From an uncultured Chloroflexia bacterium (GTDB lineage Bacteria > Chloroflexota > Limnocylindria > Limnocylindrales > CSP1-4), in contig CAVOWV010000001.1 of assembly GCA_963700245.1 (NCBI GenBank), positions 5,666 through 69,665 on the forward strand: DNA of 64,000 bases, in the 5' to 3' direction. Numbering within the stretch: the first letter of the stretch is position 1; each line of letters starts with the position of its first letter. This document shows, in pieces, positions 20,467 through 29,969 of the stretch. Both the position numbers and the translations under genes were made by a program. The notes beneath the pieces are model-generated. The model saw only the letters and a list, made by a program, of their open reading frames with translations. It made no database searches and was not told the DNA's origin.

Positions 20467-21567
20467 TCAGCTTCGGGCCCGGTCCACCTCCTGCCGCCGG
20501 CGCGGCGCCGGCCCCGTCGAGCCGCGGACGATGAGCCGCGTCTCGAGCCGGAGCTGTTCGGGGGGTAGATCCCGTCGTGCGACGACGGTCAGGAGCACGC
20601 GCACCGCGCTCTCGCCCTTCTGGCGGATCGGCTGGTGCACCGTGGTCAGGGGGGGGTTCGTGTGCTGGCTGATGTCGATGTCGTCGAAGCCCACGACCGA
20701 GAGGTCCTCGGGCACGCGCAGCCCGAGCTCCCGCGCGGCACGCAGCACGCCGATCGCCATCGCGTCCGACATCGCGAGCACGCCGGTGGGCCGGAGGCCG
20801 TCCTCCCAGGCGCGTCGCAGGGCGGCGATGCCGCCCTCGATGCTGGCCGGCGCGACCACGACAGCGTTGTCGGGCAGCTCCAGACCACGCGCGGCGAGCG
20901 CCGCCACGTAACCGCGCATGCGCCGGGCGGTCACGCCATCCGGTTCCGAGTCGGCGCCGGGCGTCGGGGGCTCGACGCCCACCACCAGGATGTCCCGGTG
21001 GCCGAGGCCCAGCAGATGGTCCGCGGCGGCACGGGCGCCGCCCTCGTCGTTGACCTCGACGCCCGGCTGGTCCGGCAGGGCGCTCGAGTCCACCATCACC
21101 AGCGGCACGCCGGCGGCCCGGATCTGCTCAACCTCGGGATGGCTGGCCGCGAGACCCACGACGACCACGCCGTCCACCGTCGCCCTGCCCATCGCGCGGG
21201 CGAGCGAACCGTGGAGTGGCGAGATGAAGTGGAGGGCGTAACCCTCCTGTTCGGCTGCCAGGGCAACACCCTCGCTGAAGGCCCCGAAGAAGGGGTTCGA
21301 GAAGATCACGGACAGCGCCTGGGGCGTCAGCACGCCAAGGGTATGCGTGCTTCGCTGGGTGAGCATACGCGCAACGGGGTGCGGACGGTAGCCGAGCGAA
21401 TCCGCAACACCACGGATGCGGATCGCCGTCTCCGGCGCCAGCCGATCCGGGCTGTTGAACGCGAACGAAACAGCCGTCTTCGACACGCCCGCCTCGCGGG
21501 CGACATCGGCGATGCGCGGCCGTCGCGGGTTGCGGTCCTCCAAGGTCTCCTCACTGCGGCCTGCCAT
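20467..21567 (-). CDS. LacI-family transcriptional regulator
   Basis: ORF 20467..21567(-). The HTH reads RIADVAREAGVSKTAVSFAFN, followed by a periplasmic-binding-fold core. Confidence 0.9.
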   Translation of the reverse strand: MAGRSEETLEDRNPRRPRIADVAREAGVSKTAVSFAFNSPDRLAPETAIRIRGVADSLGYRPHPVARMLTQRSTHTLGVLTPQALSVIFSNPFFGAFSEGVALAAEQEGYALHFISPLHGSLARAMGRATVDGVVVVGLAASHPEVEQIRAAGVPLVMVDSSALPDQPGVEVNDEGGARAAADHLLGLGHRDILVVGVEPPTPGADSEPDGVTARRMRGYVAALAARGLELPDNAVVVAPASIEGGIAALRRAWEDGLRPTGVLAMSDAMAIGVLRAARELGLRVPEDLSVVGFDDIDISQHTNPPLTTVHQPIRQKGESAVRVLLTVVARRDLPPEQLRLETRLIVRGSTGPAPRRRQEVDRARS

Positions 21568-21655
21568 CGGTCCGGCCGCTGTTCGCGCGGGTCGCGGAGC
21601 CGGTGGCTGCCCTGGTCAGGCAGCCCCGCGCCAGCGCGTCGCTGCGCGATCACCA

Positions 21656-21678
21656 AAACCGGTTTAGCAAACCGGTTT
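21656..21678. promoter_or_regulatory. two tandem perfect 10-bp palindromes AAACCGGTTT (13-bp period); candidate autoregulatory operator
   Basis: Sequence caAAACCGGTTTagcAAACCGGTTTag lies about 90 nt upstream of the LacI-family gene start. Confidence 0.4.
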
Positions 21679-21853
21679 AGCGGAGGTTAGTTGGGCGCTC
21701 CGGAAGTGTCAAGGGGCTTGCGCCAAGGTTTCGGGAAAGGGGCGCCCGGCGATCCGCCGGCAGCCAGCCTGCGGGCCGTGGGCAGGGCAGCGAGCCAGCC
21801 CCGAGCAGGCCTCCGGCGCGGCGGCGGGCCTGGACCGGTGGCATCATCGGGTC

Positions 21854-22225
21854 ATGCTCAGCCAGTTCCGCGCGATGCCCGGCGGCATCCGCATCTTCCT
21901 CGGCTATGCGCTCCTCGTGCTCGGGCTCATCGGCCTGTCGCTCCGGTGGGTGGTGGACCAGGCGATCAGCGCCCCGATCTCCCTGCCCGGCGTGGTGGTG
22001 ATGGTGCTCCTCGCCTACACCATCTTCACCACGACGCTCGTCCTGCAGCGCAAGGAGGCGAGCCGCACCCTCGCCCTGGGCCTGTCGACCCTGACGCTCC
22101 CGGCCATCCCGCTGGCGCTGCTCGCCGCCCAGCCGGTCGCCGCCGTCATCATCGCGATCCTGGCCGCGCTGCTGTTCTTCGGTCTGACCCGCCCCGAGGT
22201 CCGCGCCTGGCTCAACGAGCCGTAA
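21854..22225 (+). CDS. small membrane protein (four TM helices)
   Basis: ORF 21854..22225(+). It is strongly hydrophobic, with an ordered helix pattern. Confidence 0.55.
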   Translation: MLSQFRAMPGGIRIFLGYALLVLGLIGLSLRWVVDQAISAPISLPGVVVMVLLAYTIFTTTLVLQRKEASRTLALGLSTLTLPAIPLALLAAQPVAAVIIAILAALLFFGLTRPEVRAWLNEP

Positions 22226-22360
22226 CGCGCGGTCCCGGACGACCTGCTGCGCGCGCGCGGCCCGGAGCGATACCCTTCGCGGAGCATCGCGGCCCCTCGC
22301 GGTGCGGCGGCATCACGGAACACGCCCGATGCCGTTGGTCGCCTGCCCGGAGCACAGCCC

Positions 22361-23182
22361 GTGACCCCTCCCAGTCAGACGCCCCCGAACAAGGACGCCG
22401 GCTCGCGCCGCCACCAGAGCACCAGTCCCACCGGCAGCGAGCGTGCTGGCCGCCGCGAGTCCGCGGTCCGGCGACCCCCGGAGAAGACCACGCTCCAGCG
22501 CCTCCGCACGCCGATCCTGGCGCTGGTCGCGATCGCCGCGCTGGTCGGCATCGGCATGTACGCCCTCACCAGCGCGACGGCGCCCGCCTATGCCTGCACC
22601 ACGATCGACACCATCGCGGCCGACGCTGGCGGGGAGCTTGGCCAGGTCCAGCCGGACCAGGGCAACGGTCACGTCCAGACGGGCGACAAGGTCACGTACC
22701 CGGTCTGCCCGCCTGCCTCGGGCAAGCACCTCAACCGGGTTGGCTTCGGGCCCCTGGAGCCCCAGGTCTACGGCCCGGACGACGAGAGCCTGCCCAACGG
22801 CTGGATCCACAACCTGGAGCATGGCGGGCTCGTGCTGCTCTACTCCTGCGACAGGGGCGCCTGCGACGACGCCGGAATCGCGGCCCTGACGACATTCGAC
22901 GACGGCTTTCCCAGTAGCGCGGTCTGCAACCTGCCGCCCGGAACGGTTGGGCCGGTGGTGGCACGGTTCGAGGAGATGCCCGCCAGGTACGCGGCGCTCG
23001 TCTGGAACCGTGTCCTGTACCTCGACACGCTCGATGCCGCCAAGGTCTACGACTTCTACCTGCGCTACGGTGAGCGAGTGTCGGACGGCCGGTTCGTCGC
23101 CCCACCGGAGCCGCAGTGCGCCGTCCCCTCCGCGAGCCCGTCGGCCGGGGCGTCCGTGGAACCCAGCCCGGCCTCGAACTGA
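22361..23182 (+). CDS. DUF3105-like membrane-anchored protein
   Basis: ORF 22361..23182(+). It has a single TM helix (ILALVAIAALVGIGMYAL). I associate the conserved NGWIHNLEHGGLVLLY block with DUF3105; this is from memory. Confidence 0.65.
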   Translation: MTPPSQTPPNKDAGSRRHQSTSPTGSERAGRRESAVRRPPEKTTLQRLRTPILALVAIAALVGIGMYALTSATAPAYACTTIDTIAADAGGELGQVQPDQGNGHVQTGDKVTYPVCPPASGKHLNRVGFGPLEPQVYGPDDESLPNGWIHNLEHGGLVLLYSCDRGACDDAGIAALTTFDDGFPSSAVCNLPPGTVGPVVARFEEMPARYAALVWNRVLYLDTLDAAKVYDFYLRYGERVSDGRFVAPPEPQCAVPSASPSAGASVEPSPASN

Positions 23183-23196
23183 CGGAGCGTCGATCC

Positions 23197-24181
23197 ATGC
23201 GCCTCTACGCCTACTACGACCGCTTCGGCGACGAGCGGTTCGGCGTGCTCGTCAAGGGGCGCCTCCTGACGGGAGCGCAACTCGAGAAGCGGGGCCGGCT
23301 CGATCCCGCCATCGACACCCACCTGGGCATCGGCTTCCAGATCGGGTTCGAGGACGACTGGCTCGGTGAGCTGCGGCGGGCGACCAGGCGCGCGCTCAAG
23401 GCCGGCGCGCCGCTGCTGGATCTCGACGCCCGGCGTCCGGCCCCGGCGATGAACGAGATCCAGACCGGCAAGATCGTGTGCGTGGGCCTCAACTACGGGG
23501 ATCACGCAAAGGAGGGGGGCCGGGCGACGCCCGACCGGCCCATGCTGTTCTCCAAGTTCACCAACGCCATCGTCGGCGACGGGGAGGCCGTGGTCCGTCC
23601 CGAAGGCACGCGTGCCCTGGACCTCGAGGTGGAGCTCGGCGTCGTGATCGGCCGGGCCGCTCGGCGGGTCACGCCCGAGCAGGCGCCCGACCACGTCGCG
23701 GGCTACGTCGTCGTCAACGACGTCAGCGCCCGGGACTGGCAGGGCAACCCGCAGGCCCTCCGCGAGGGCGAGAAGGGCGACGGCCAGTGGCTGCGCGCCA
23801 AGGGCAGCGACACGTTCCTGCCGATTGGTCCCGTCTTTGCCACCCCGGACGAGGTGGATCCCCGCGCGGGGCCTCGCGCTCCGCAGCTGGCGCATCCCGG
23901 GCGCCGACGGCGACGCGGCCGCGCCGGTGCTGATGCAGGACGGGAACACGGCCGACATGCTGTTCGATGTCCCTACCCTGGTGAGCTACATCTCGCGCCA
24001 CATCACGCTGGAGCCCGGCGACCTGATCGCCACCGGCACGCCCGCGGGCGTCGGCGTGTTCCGCGACCCACCGGTCTTCCTCGAGCCCGGCGACCGCGTG
24101 CGGTGCGAGATCGAAGGCATCGGCATGGTGGAGAATCCGGTCGTCGACTGGACCGAGGACACCCGGCCGGAACCCTGGTGA
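23197..24181 (+). CDS. fumarylacetoacetate hydrolase (FAH)-family protein. One frameshift in the GGGG run 23868-23871.
   Basis: From ATG 23197: [39 protein letters not shown]. After removing one G the frame continues DPRAGLALRSW...[40 protein letters not shown] (ORF 23825..24181). Confidence 0.85.
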
Positions 24182-24218
24182 GGGAGCTCGGCCGGGCGCC
24201 GGAACGAGGGAGCCGCGC

Positions 24219-25253
24219 ATGCTCGCCCTGGTGAAGACCACTCCCGGCCCGGGACTCTCGCTGGAGCAGGTCCCGGACCCGGTCCCCGGCATCAACGATG
24301 TCCTGGTGCGGGTGCACAAGACGGGCATCTGCGGCACCGACCTGCACATCGAGTCGTGGGACCCGTGGGCGGCCAGGACCATCAGGCCGCCGCTCATCAC
24401 GGGCCACGAGTTCGTCGGCGAGATCGTGGAGGTGGGGTCCAACGTCATGGACTTCCACCCCGGCGACATCGTGAGCGGCGAGGGCCATGTCACCTGCGGG
24501 CGTTGCCGTCACTGCATGGCCGGACGCCGTCACCTGTGCGCCAGCACCGTGGGTCTCGGCGTGGGCCGCGACGGGGCCTTCGCCCAGTACGTCGTGCTGC
24601 CGATGACCAACATCTGGCACCACTGGCCGGGGATCGACGAGGAGGTCGCCGCGATCTTCGATCCGTTCGGCAACGCGGTGCACACGGCCCTGGCCTTCCC
24701 GGTCCTGGGCGAGGACGTGCTCATCACGGGCGCCGGTCCGATCGGCCTGATGGCCACGGCGGTCGTGCGCCACGCGGGCGCCCGGTACGTCGTCGTCTCC
24801 GAGCCCAACCCGGTGCGCCGTGAGATCGCGATGCGCATGGGCGCCACCGTCGCCGTCGACCCGCGGGAGCGGGACCTCGCCGACGTACAGCGCGAGCTGG
24901 GCATGGTCGAGGGCTTCGACGTGGCCCTCGAGATGTCCGGCGCGTCCGCGGCGATCCGGAGCGCCATGGACAACATGGCCCACGGCGGGTCCATCGCGAT
25001 CCTCGGGATCCCCACCGCGGACATCAGCCTGGACGTCAACGAGATCGTGTTCAAGCTGCTCACGATCCGGGGCATCTACGGCCGGGAGATGTACGAGACC
25101 TGGTACAAGATGACGGTGATGCTCCAGTCGGGCCTCGACATCGCGCCCGCGATCACCCATCGCTTCGGGTTCCGGGACCACGAGGCCGCGTTCGAGACCG
25201 CCCGGTCGGGCGACTCGGGCAAGGTGATCATGGACTGGACGGACCAGGGCTAG
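24219..25253 (+). CDS. tdh: L-threonine 3-dehydrogenase
   Basis: ORF 24219..25253(+). Zinc-ADH motifs are present: [27 protein letters not shown]. It is followed by kbl. Confidence 0.9.
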   Translation: MLALVKTTPGPGLSLEQVPDPVPGINDVLVRVHKTGICGTDLHIESWDPWAARTIRPPLITGHEFVGEIVEVGSNVMDFHPGDIVSGEGHVTCGRCRHCMAGRRHLCASTVGLGVGRDGAFAQYVVLPMTNIWHHWPGIDEEVAAIFDPFGNAVHTALAFPVLGEDVLITGAGPIGLMATAVVRHAGARYVVVSEPNPVRREIAMRMGATVAVDPRERDLADVQRELGMVEGFDVALEMSGASAAIRSAMDNMAHGGSIAILGIPTADISLDVNEIVFKLLTIRGIYGREMYETWYKMTVMLQSGLDIAPAITHRFGFRDHEAAFETARSGDSGKVIMDWTDQG

Positions 25254-25269
25254 GGCGGAGGAGCAACCC

Positions 25270-26496
25270 ATGGACACGGCATCGCGCCCCAACCCGCTCG
25301 CGTACCTGGACGACGAGCTCGCCGCCATGCGCGAGCGCCACCTGTACCGGCCGCTCCGGATCATGAGCAGCGCCCAGGGCCCCATCGTGTCCGTGGACGA
25401 CCGGCGCGTCATCAGCCTCTCGTCCAACGACTACCTGGGGCTGTCGCACCACCCGCGCATGAAGCGGGCCGCCATCGCGGCCGTGGAGCAGTTCGGGGCG
25501 GGCTCCGGGGCCGTCCGGACCATCGCCGGGACGCTGACCCTCCACGAGGCCCTCGAGGCGGAGCTGGCGGTGTTCAAGCACACCGAGGCGGTCCTGACGT
25601 TCCAATCGGGCTTCACCGCCAACACCGGCGTCATCCCCACGATCACCGGCGAGACCGACCTCATCGTCTCCGACGAGCTGAACCACGCCAGCATCATCGA
25701 CGGGATGCGGCTCTCGAAGGCACCGCGCAAGGTCTTCCGGCACGCGGACGTGGACTCGCTGCGCGAGGTCCTCGCCGAGGCGACCGAGCAGGGACGCGAC
25801 GGCCACGGGACGCCGCACCGGCTGATCCTGGTCGTGACCGACGGCGTGTTCAGCATGGACGGGGACATCGCCCCGCTGCCCGGCATCGTCGAGGTGGCCG
25901 AGGCCTTCGGGGCGGCGGTCATGGTCGACGACGCCCACGCGTCGGGGGTGCTGGGCAGGGACGGCCGCGGGTCGGTCAGCCACTTCGGGCTCGAAGGACG
26001 TGTCGCGATCCAGGTCGGGACGCTGTCCAAGGCCGTCGGCGTGCTCGGCGGATACGTGGCGGGCTCGCAGGCCCTGCGCGACATCCTCGTCCAGCGGGCT
26101 CGGCCGTTCCTGTTCTCCACGAGCCATCCGCCGGCCGTCGCCGCCGCGTGCAGCGAGGCGATCCGGATCATGGTGGAGGAGCCGGAGCTCATCGCGCGGC
26201 TGTGGGCGAACACCCGCCGCTTCAAGGCGGAGCTGGGACGGCTGGGCTTCGACATCGGTCGCAGCGAGACGCCCATCACGCCCGTCATCCTGGGCGACAG
26301 CGAGACGACGATCCGCTTCTCCAACCGGCTGTTCGACGAGGGCGTGTTCGGGACATCCGTCGTGTTTCCCACGGTGCCCCTGGACCGGGCACGGATCCGG
26401 ACGATCGTCACCGCCGCGCACACGGACGATCTCCTGGACCAGGCCTTGGCCGCCTTCGACCGGGTGGGTCGCGAGCTGGGCGTGATCTCCGGGTGA
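25270..26496 (+). CDS. kbl: glycine C-acetyltransferase (2-amino-3-ketobutyrate CoA ligase)
   Basis: ORF 25270..26496(+). Alpha-oxoamine synthase pattern: SNDYLGL, DDAHASG, GTLSKA (PLP lysine). Confidence 0.9.
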   Translation: MDTASRPNPLAYLDDELAAMRERHLYRPLRIMSSAQGPIVSVDDRRVISLSSNDYLGLSHHPRMKRAAIAAVEQFGAGSGAVRTIAGTLTLHEALEAELAVFKHTEAVLTFQSGFTANTGVIPTITGETDLIVSDELNHASIIDGMRLSKAPRKVFRHADVDSLREVLAEATEQGRDGHGTPHRLILVVTDGVFSMDGDIAPLPGIVEVAEAFGAAVMVDDAHASGVLGRDGRGSVSHFGLEGRVAIQVGTLSKAVGVLGGYVAGSQALRDILVQRARPFLFSTSHPPAVAAACSEAIRIMVEEPELIARLWANTRRFKAELGRLGFDIGRSETPITPVILGDSETTIRFSNRLFDEGVFGTSVVFPTVPLDRARIRTIVTAAHTDDLLDQALAAFDRVGRELGVISG

Positions 26497-26595
26497 GCCG
26501 CGCGCACCCGGTGGGGTCGCCCGACCCGACCGACACCCGCCCGCGGGCCGACATCGAGCACGACGTCTTCCGGGCGGGCCTCGCCGCCGGCCTCG

Positions 26596-27420
26596 GTGAC
26601 GCCCGACGACCTGCCGCTTGACTCGCACCTGCACACGGTCCGCTCGCCGGATGCGAACGCGATGCTCGAGGCCTACTGCGTCCTGGCAGCCGAGCGCGGG
26701 ATCGCGGAGCTGGCCATCACCGACCACGTGGATTTCGATCCCACGATGCCGGCCTACGGGTTCGCGTCCTTCGCGGATCGAGAGCGGGATGTGCGCGAGG
26801 CGGCCGCCCGATGGGCGGACCGCGGGCTGGCAATCCGGTTCGGCGTGGAGATCACCTACGAGCGGGCGTTCGAGGAGGACATCCGCGGCTGGCTGCGGCG
26901 GCATCCCCACGACTACGTCATCGGCAGCGTCCACGTCAGCGCGGAGTCGCCGTACAAGGCATCCAACGTGGCGTCCTTCGCCGCTGGCCGGCCACTGGCG
27001 GACATCGTGGCGCCCTACTTCGACGAGGTCATCGGCGCGGCGCGATCCGGGCTGTTCGACACCATCGGCCACCTGGACTTCGTCAAGCGCTACCTCGTGC
27101 CGCACGTCATGCCGGCCCAGCTCGCCGCAGCCCCCGAGCTGTACGAGCCGGTCCTCGCGGCACTCGTCGACACCGGCACCGCCCTGGAGGTCAACGCGTC
27201 CGGCCTTCGACAGCTCCCGCGGGAGACCTACCCGTCCCCGGCGATCGTCGCGCGCTACCGCGAGCTGGGCGGCCGGCACGTGACCATCGGCAGCGACGCC
27301 CACCGAACGGAGTGGTTCGCCTACGGCCTGGCGGCGGCGTATGGTGCGGTCTCCGGCGCCGGATTCGAGGCGCTGGCGTTCCGGCGGGGGGGCTCGCGGA
27401 TCGAGGTGCCCGTGCCATAG
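26596..27420 (+). CDS. PHP-domain histidinol-phosphatase (HisJ) family protein
   Basis: ORF 26596..27420(+). Motifs: DSHLHT, ITDHVDF, GSVH, IGHLD, GSDAH. Confidence 0.8.
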   Translation: MTPDDLPLDSHLHTVRSPDANAMLEAYCVLAAERGIAELAITDHVDFDPTMPAYGFASFADRERDVREAAARWADRGLAIRFGVEITYERAFEEDIRGWLRRHPHDYVIGSVHVSAESPYKASNVASFAAGRPLADIVAPYFDEVIGAARSGLFDTIGHLDFVKRYLVPHVMPAQLAAAPELYEPVLAALVDTGTALEVNASGLRQLPRETYPSPAIVARYRELGGRHVTIGSDAHRTEWFAYGLAAAYGAVSGAGFEALAFRRGGSRIEVPVP

Positions 27421-27469
27421 GTTGGATGACGTACGACGCGCGGGCCAACACGGGGGACCACGGATCGTT

Positions 27470-28058
27470 ATGACCATCGACGACGGGGCGATCGAACGCC
27501 TCGTGGCGGCGGCGCAACAGGGTGACCCAGAAGCGTTCGGGGCCTTGTTTGACCACTACTACGGGCCGGTGTACCGCTACGTCGCGGCCCGCGTCGGCCG
27601 CCCGAGCGACGCGGAGGACCTGGCGCAGCTCGTCTTCGTCAAGGTCCTGGAGGCCCTGCCGCGCTACGAGTCGCGGGGCATCCCCTTCGGGGGCTGGCTC
27701 TTCCGGCTGGCCAGGAACGTCGTCATCGACCACACCAGGACCCGCCGCGACCACGCCACGCTCGACATCGTCGCCGAGCGTGCCGACCAGGACGACGGGC
27801 CCGACGAGCTGGCGGTCCTCCGCCAGGAGATGGACAGCGTCGCGCTGGCGCTGCGAAGGCTGACCCCGGAGCAGCGCGAGGCCATCGAGCTGCGGTTCTT
27901 CGCGGGGCTCTCCGCGAGGGAGGCGGCCGAGGTCATGGGCCGCCAGGAAGGGACCGTGCGCGGTCTCCAGTTCCGGGCCATCGCGGCGCTCCGGCGAGAG
28001 CTGGGGATTCGAAGACCCGGCGAACACCCTGCCGCGGGTCTCAGGAACGACCCGATGA
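27470..28058 (+). CDS. ECF-type RNA polymerase sigma factor. The end shown assumes a 1-nt correction in the GGGG run 28003-28006; as assembled it runs in frame into the anti-sigma gene.
   Basis: From ATG 27470. Region 2 is DAEDLAQLVFVKVLEALPRY...GWLFRLARNVVIDH. Region 4 is LTPEQREAIELRFFAGLSAREAAEVMGRQEGTVRGLQFRA. Removing one G gives ...RRELGFEDPANTLPRVSGTTR-TGA, which overlaps ATG 28055. Confidence 0.8.
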
Positions 28059-29026
28059 ACGAGGACGAGATGGCCACTGCCGAGCCGCTCGCGGGCGAAG
28101 AGCTCGAGCGGGCACTGGGGCGCTACGCGCGGGTCAGGCTGGATCCCAGCCAGGCCCAGCGGCGACGCGCCCGCTCGGCGGTGATGGAGGAAGCCTGGCG
28201 GCGCCGGATCGATCCCACCGGGAGTGTCGCCGCGGCCGCGGCGTACCCGCCCGTGAGGCGCGCCACGTTCGCAGGTTGGACGACGCGGCGTATCGCCGCG
28301 TCGCTGAGCGCGGCGGTCCTCGTGGGGCTGATGGCCGGTTCCTCGGTGTTCGCCGCTTCGCGGGCCGGTGGGCCCCTCTACGAATCGCGCCTCGCCCTCG
28401 AGTGCTGACGCTGCCGTCCGAGCCATCGGCGCGCGTCGACGCCGAGCTGGCCCTCGCGCAGGCCCGCCTCGCGGAGGCCGTGGAGGCTACGGGCCGTCAC
28501 GACGACCGGGCCGCGATCGCCGCTCTCGACGCCTACGACGTCGCCATCGAGCGGCTGAAGACCGCGGGGGAGGCATCTGCCGCTCGGGCCCGCGAGGCCA
28601 TCCAATTCCACCGCTCGGTCCTGCTGGAGGTCGCGGCAAACGCGCCGGCGGGTGCGGCTGCGGGCCTCGAGCGCGCCCTGCAGAACAGCAGCCGCGTCAT
28701 CGAGTCCCTCGGGAGCGAAGGCGGCCCCGTAACGGGAACGGGAGTACGAATGGTGCCGGGAACGGGAACCCGGCGCAGCCCGCGACTGGAGGCCACGGCC
28801 AAGCTCGGCAGGACTCCGGACCATGGCGCGCCGGAAGCCACGGCCAAGCCCGGCAAGACCCCGGACCTCGACAGGCCGGAGGCAACGGCCAAGCCCGGCA
28901 AGACCCCGGACCCCGGCAGGCCATGAAGCAAGCCCGGCGAAGCCCGGCAAGACCCCGGACCCCGGCAAGCGGGCCGCCACGCCGGATCGCGGCGAGAAAC
29001 CCGCGCCAAGCGACGCGCGACCCTAG
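28055..29026 (+). CDS. membrane-anchored anti-sigma-like protein (DUF5667-like) with a 15-aa tandem-repeat tail. At least two frameshifts (about 28395 and about 28920).
   Basis: MNEDEMATAEPL... contains the TM helix RIAASLSAAVLVGLMAGSSVFAA, then GGPLYESRLALE. The next frame continues LTLPSEPSARVDAELALAQARLAEAVEA, followed by EATAKPGKTPD repeats. The last piece ends at 29026. Confidence 0.6.
28789..28970 (+). repeat. 45-nt tandem repeat, about 3.5 copies, encoding (P)EATAKPGKTPDxxxx
   Basis: Units start at 28789, 28834 and 28879, with a partial unit from 28924. The core is GARGCMACGGCCAAGCYCGGCARGACYCCGGACC. Confidence 0.85.
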
Positions 29027-29072
29027 CGGGCAAATCGAGCGGGCGCCCCAGCGGCGCGCTACCCTCCCCGTG

Positions 29073-29837
29073 ATGACGGCCACCATGCAGTTGACGGTGC
29101 TTGGCGCCGGGCCCGCCTACACGGACCGTGAAGGCGCCTCGGGGGCCTGCTACCTGGTCTCCCACCGCACCACGACCGTCCTGCTGGACCTTGGCCAGGG
29201 ATCGTTCCCGCGGATCTTCCCGCTGATCCGGCCCGAGGCCCTGGACGCGGTCGTGGTTAGCCACCTGCACCCGGACCACTTCATCGATCTCGTCCCGCTG
29301 CGTCACTACCTGCGCTACGAGTTCGAGCCTCCGCGGCGGGTCCGGGTGCTTGGCCCCACCGACCTGGGCGCGCGGCTGGACGCCCTGCACGCCTCGCCGG
29401 GCTTCGCCGCGGAGGCCCTGCAGCTCGAGACCCTGGGCGAGAGGCTCTCACCGCGTCGGGGAGCTGCTGGTGCAGGGCCGCCTCGTGACCCACACGGACG
29501 AGAGCTACGCCGTCCGCGTGTCACCGGCATCCGGTGATGGACCCGGGCTGGTCTACAGCGGCGATTGCGGGCGAGCGGAGGACATCGCCCCGCTCGTGCG
29601 TCCCGGCGACACGCTCCTGGCCGAGGTCTCGTTCGGCGCGGGACCGGTGCCGCGCGGGGTGGCGCACCTCGACGGACCGGCGCGTGGGGCGCCTTGCGAA
29701 CGTCCACGCAGGCGGGGCGTGTCCTGCTGACCCATCTCCTGATGGGTCGCGACGCCGAGGCCGCCGTTGCCTCCTGCCTGGCCGAGTACACCGGGCCGGT
29801 CGAGATGGTCTGGCCCGGGTCCCGCCTGGAGGTGTAG
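29073..29837 (+). CDS. MBL-fold metallo-hydrolase (RNase Z/beta-lactamase-like). At least two frameshifts (about 29445 and about 29690).
   Basis: MTATMQLTVLGAGPAYTDREGASGACYLV...VVVSHLHPDHFIDL carries the HxHxDH motif. It continues as ...LVTHTDESYAVRV...LVYSGDCG in ORF 29350..29730. It ends as ...AGRVLLTHLLMGRD... in ORF 29565..29837. Confidence 0.7.
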
Positions 29838-29969
29838 GCCACAGGCCGCCGGCGGCGGCCCTCGCCGGACATGGTGCGACCGGGGTGCGGACGGATCCGC
29901 AACCCCGGTCGATGTCGGCCCTCGGGGACAGCGACGAGTGTTGTGGTGGGGCCTCACGGGCCCCGATGG

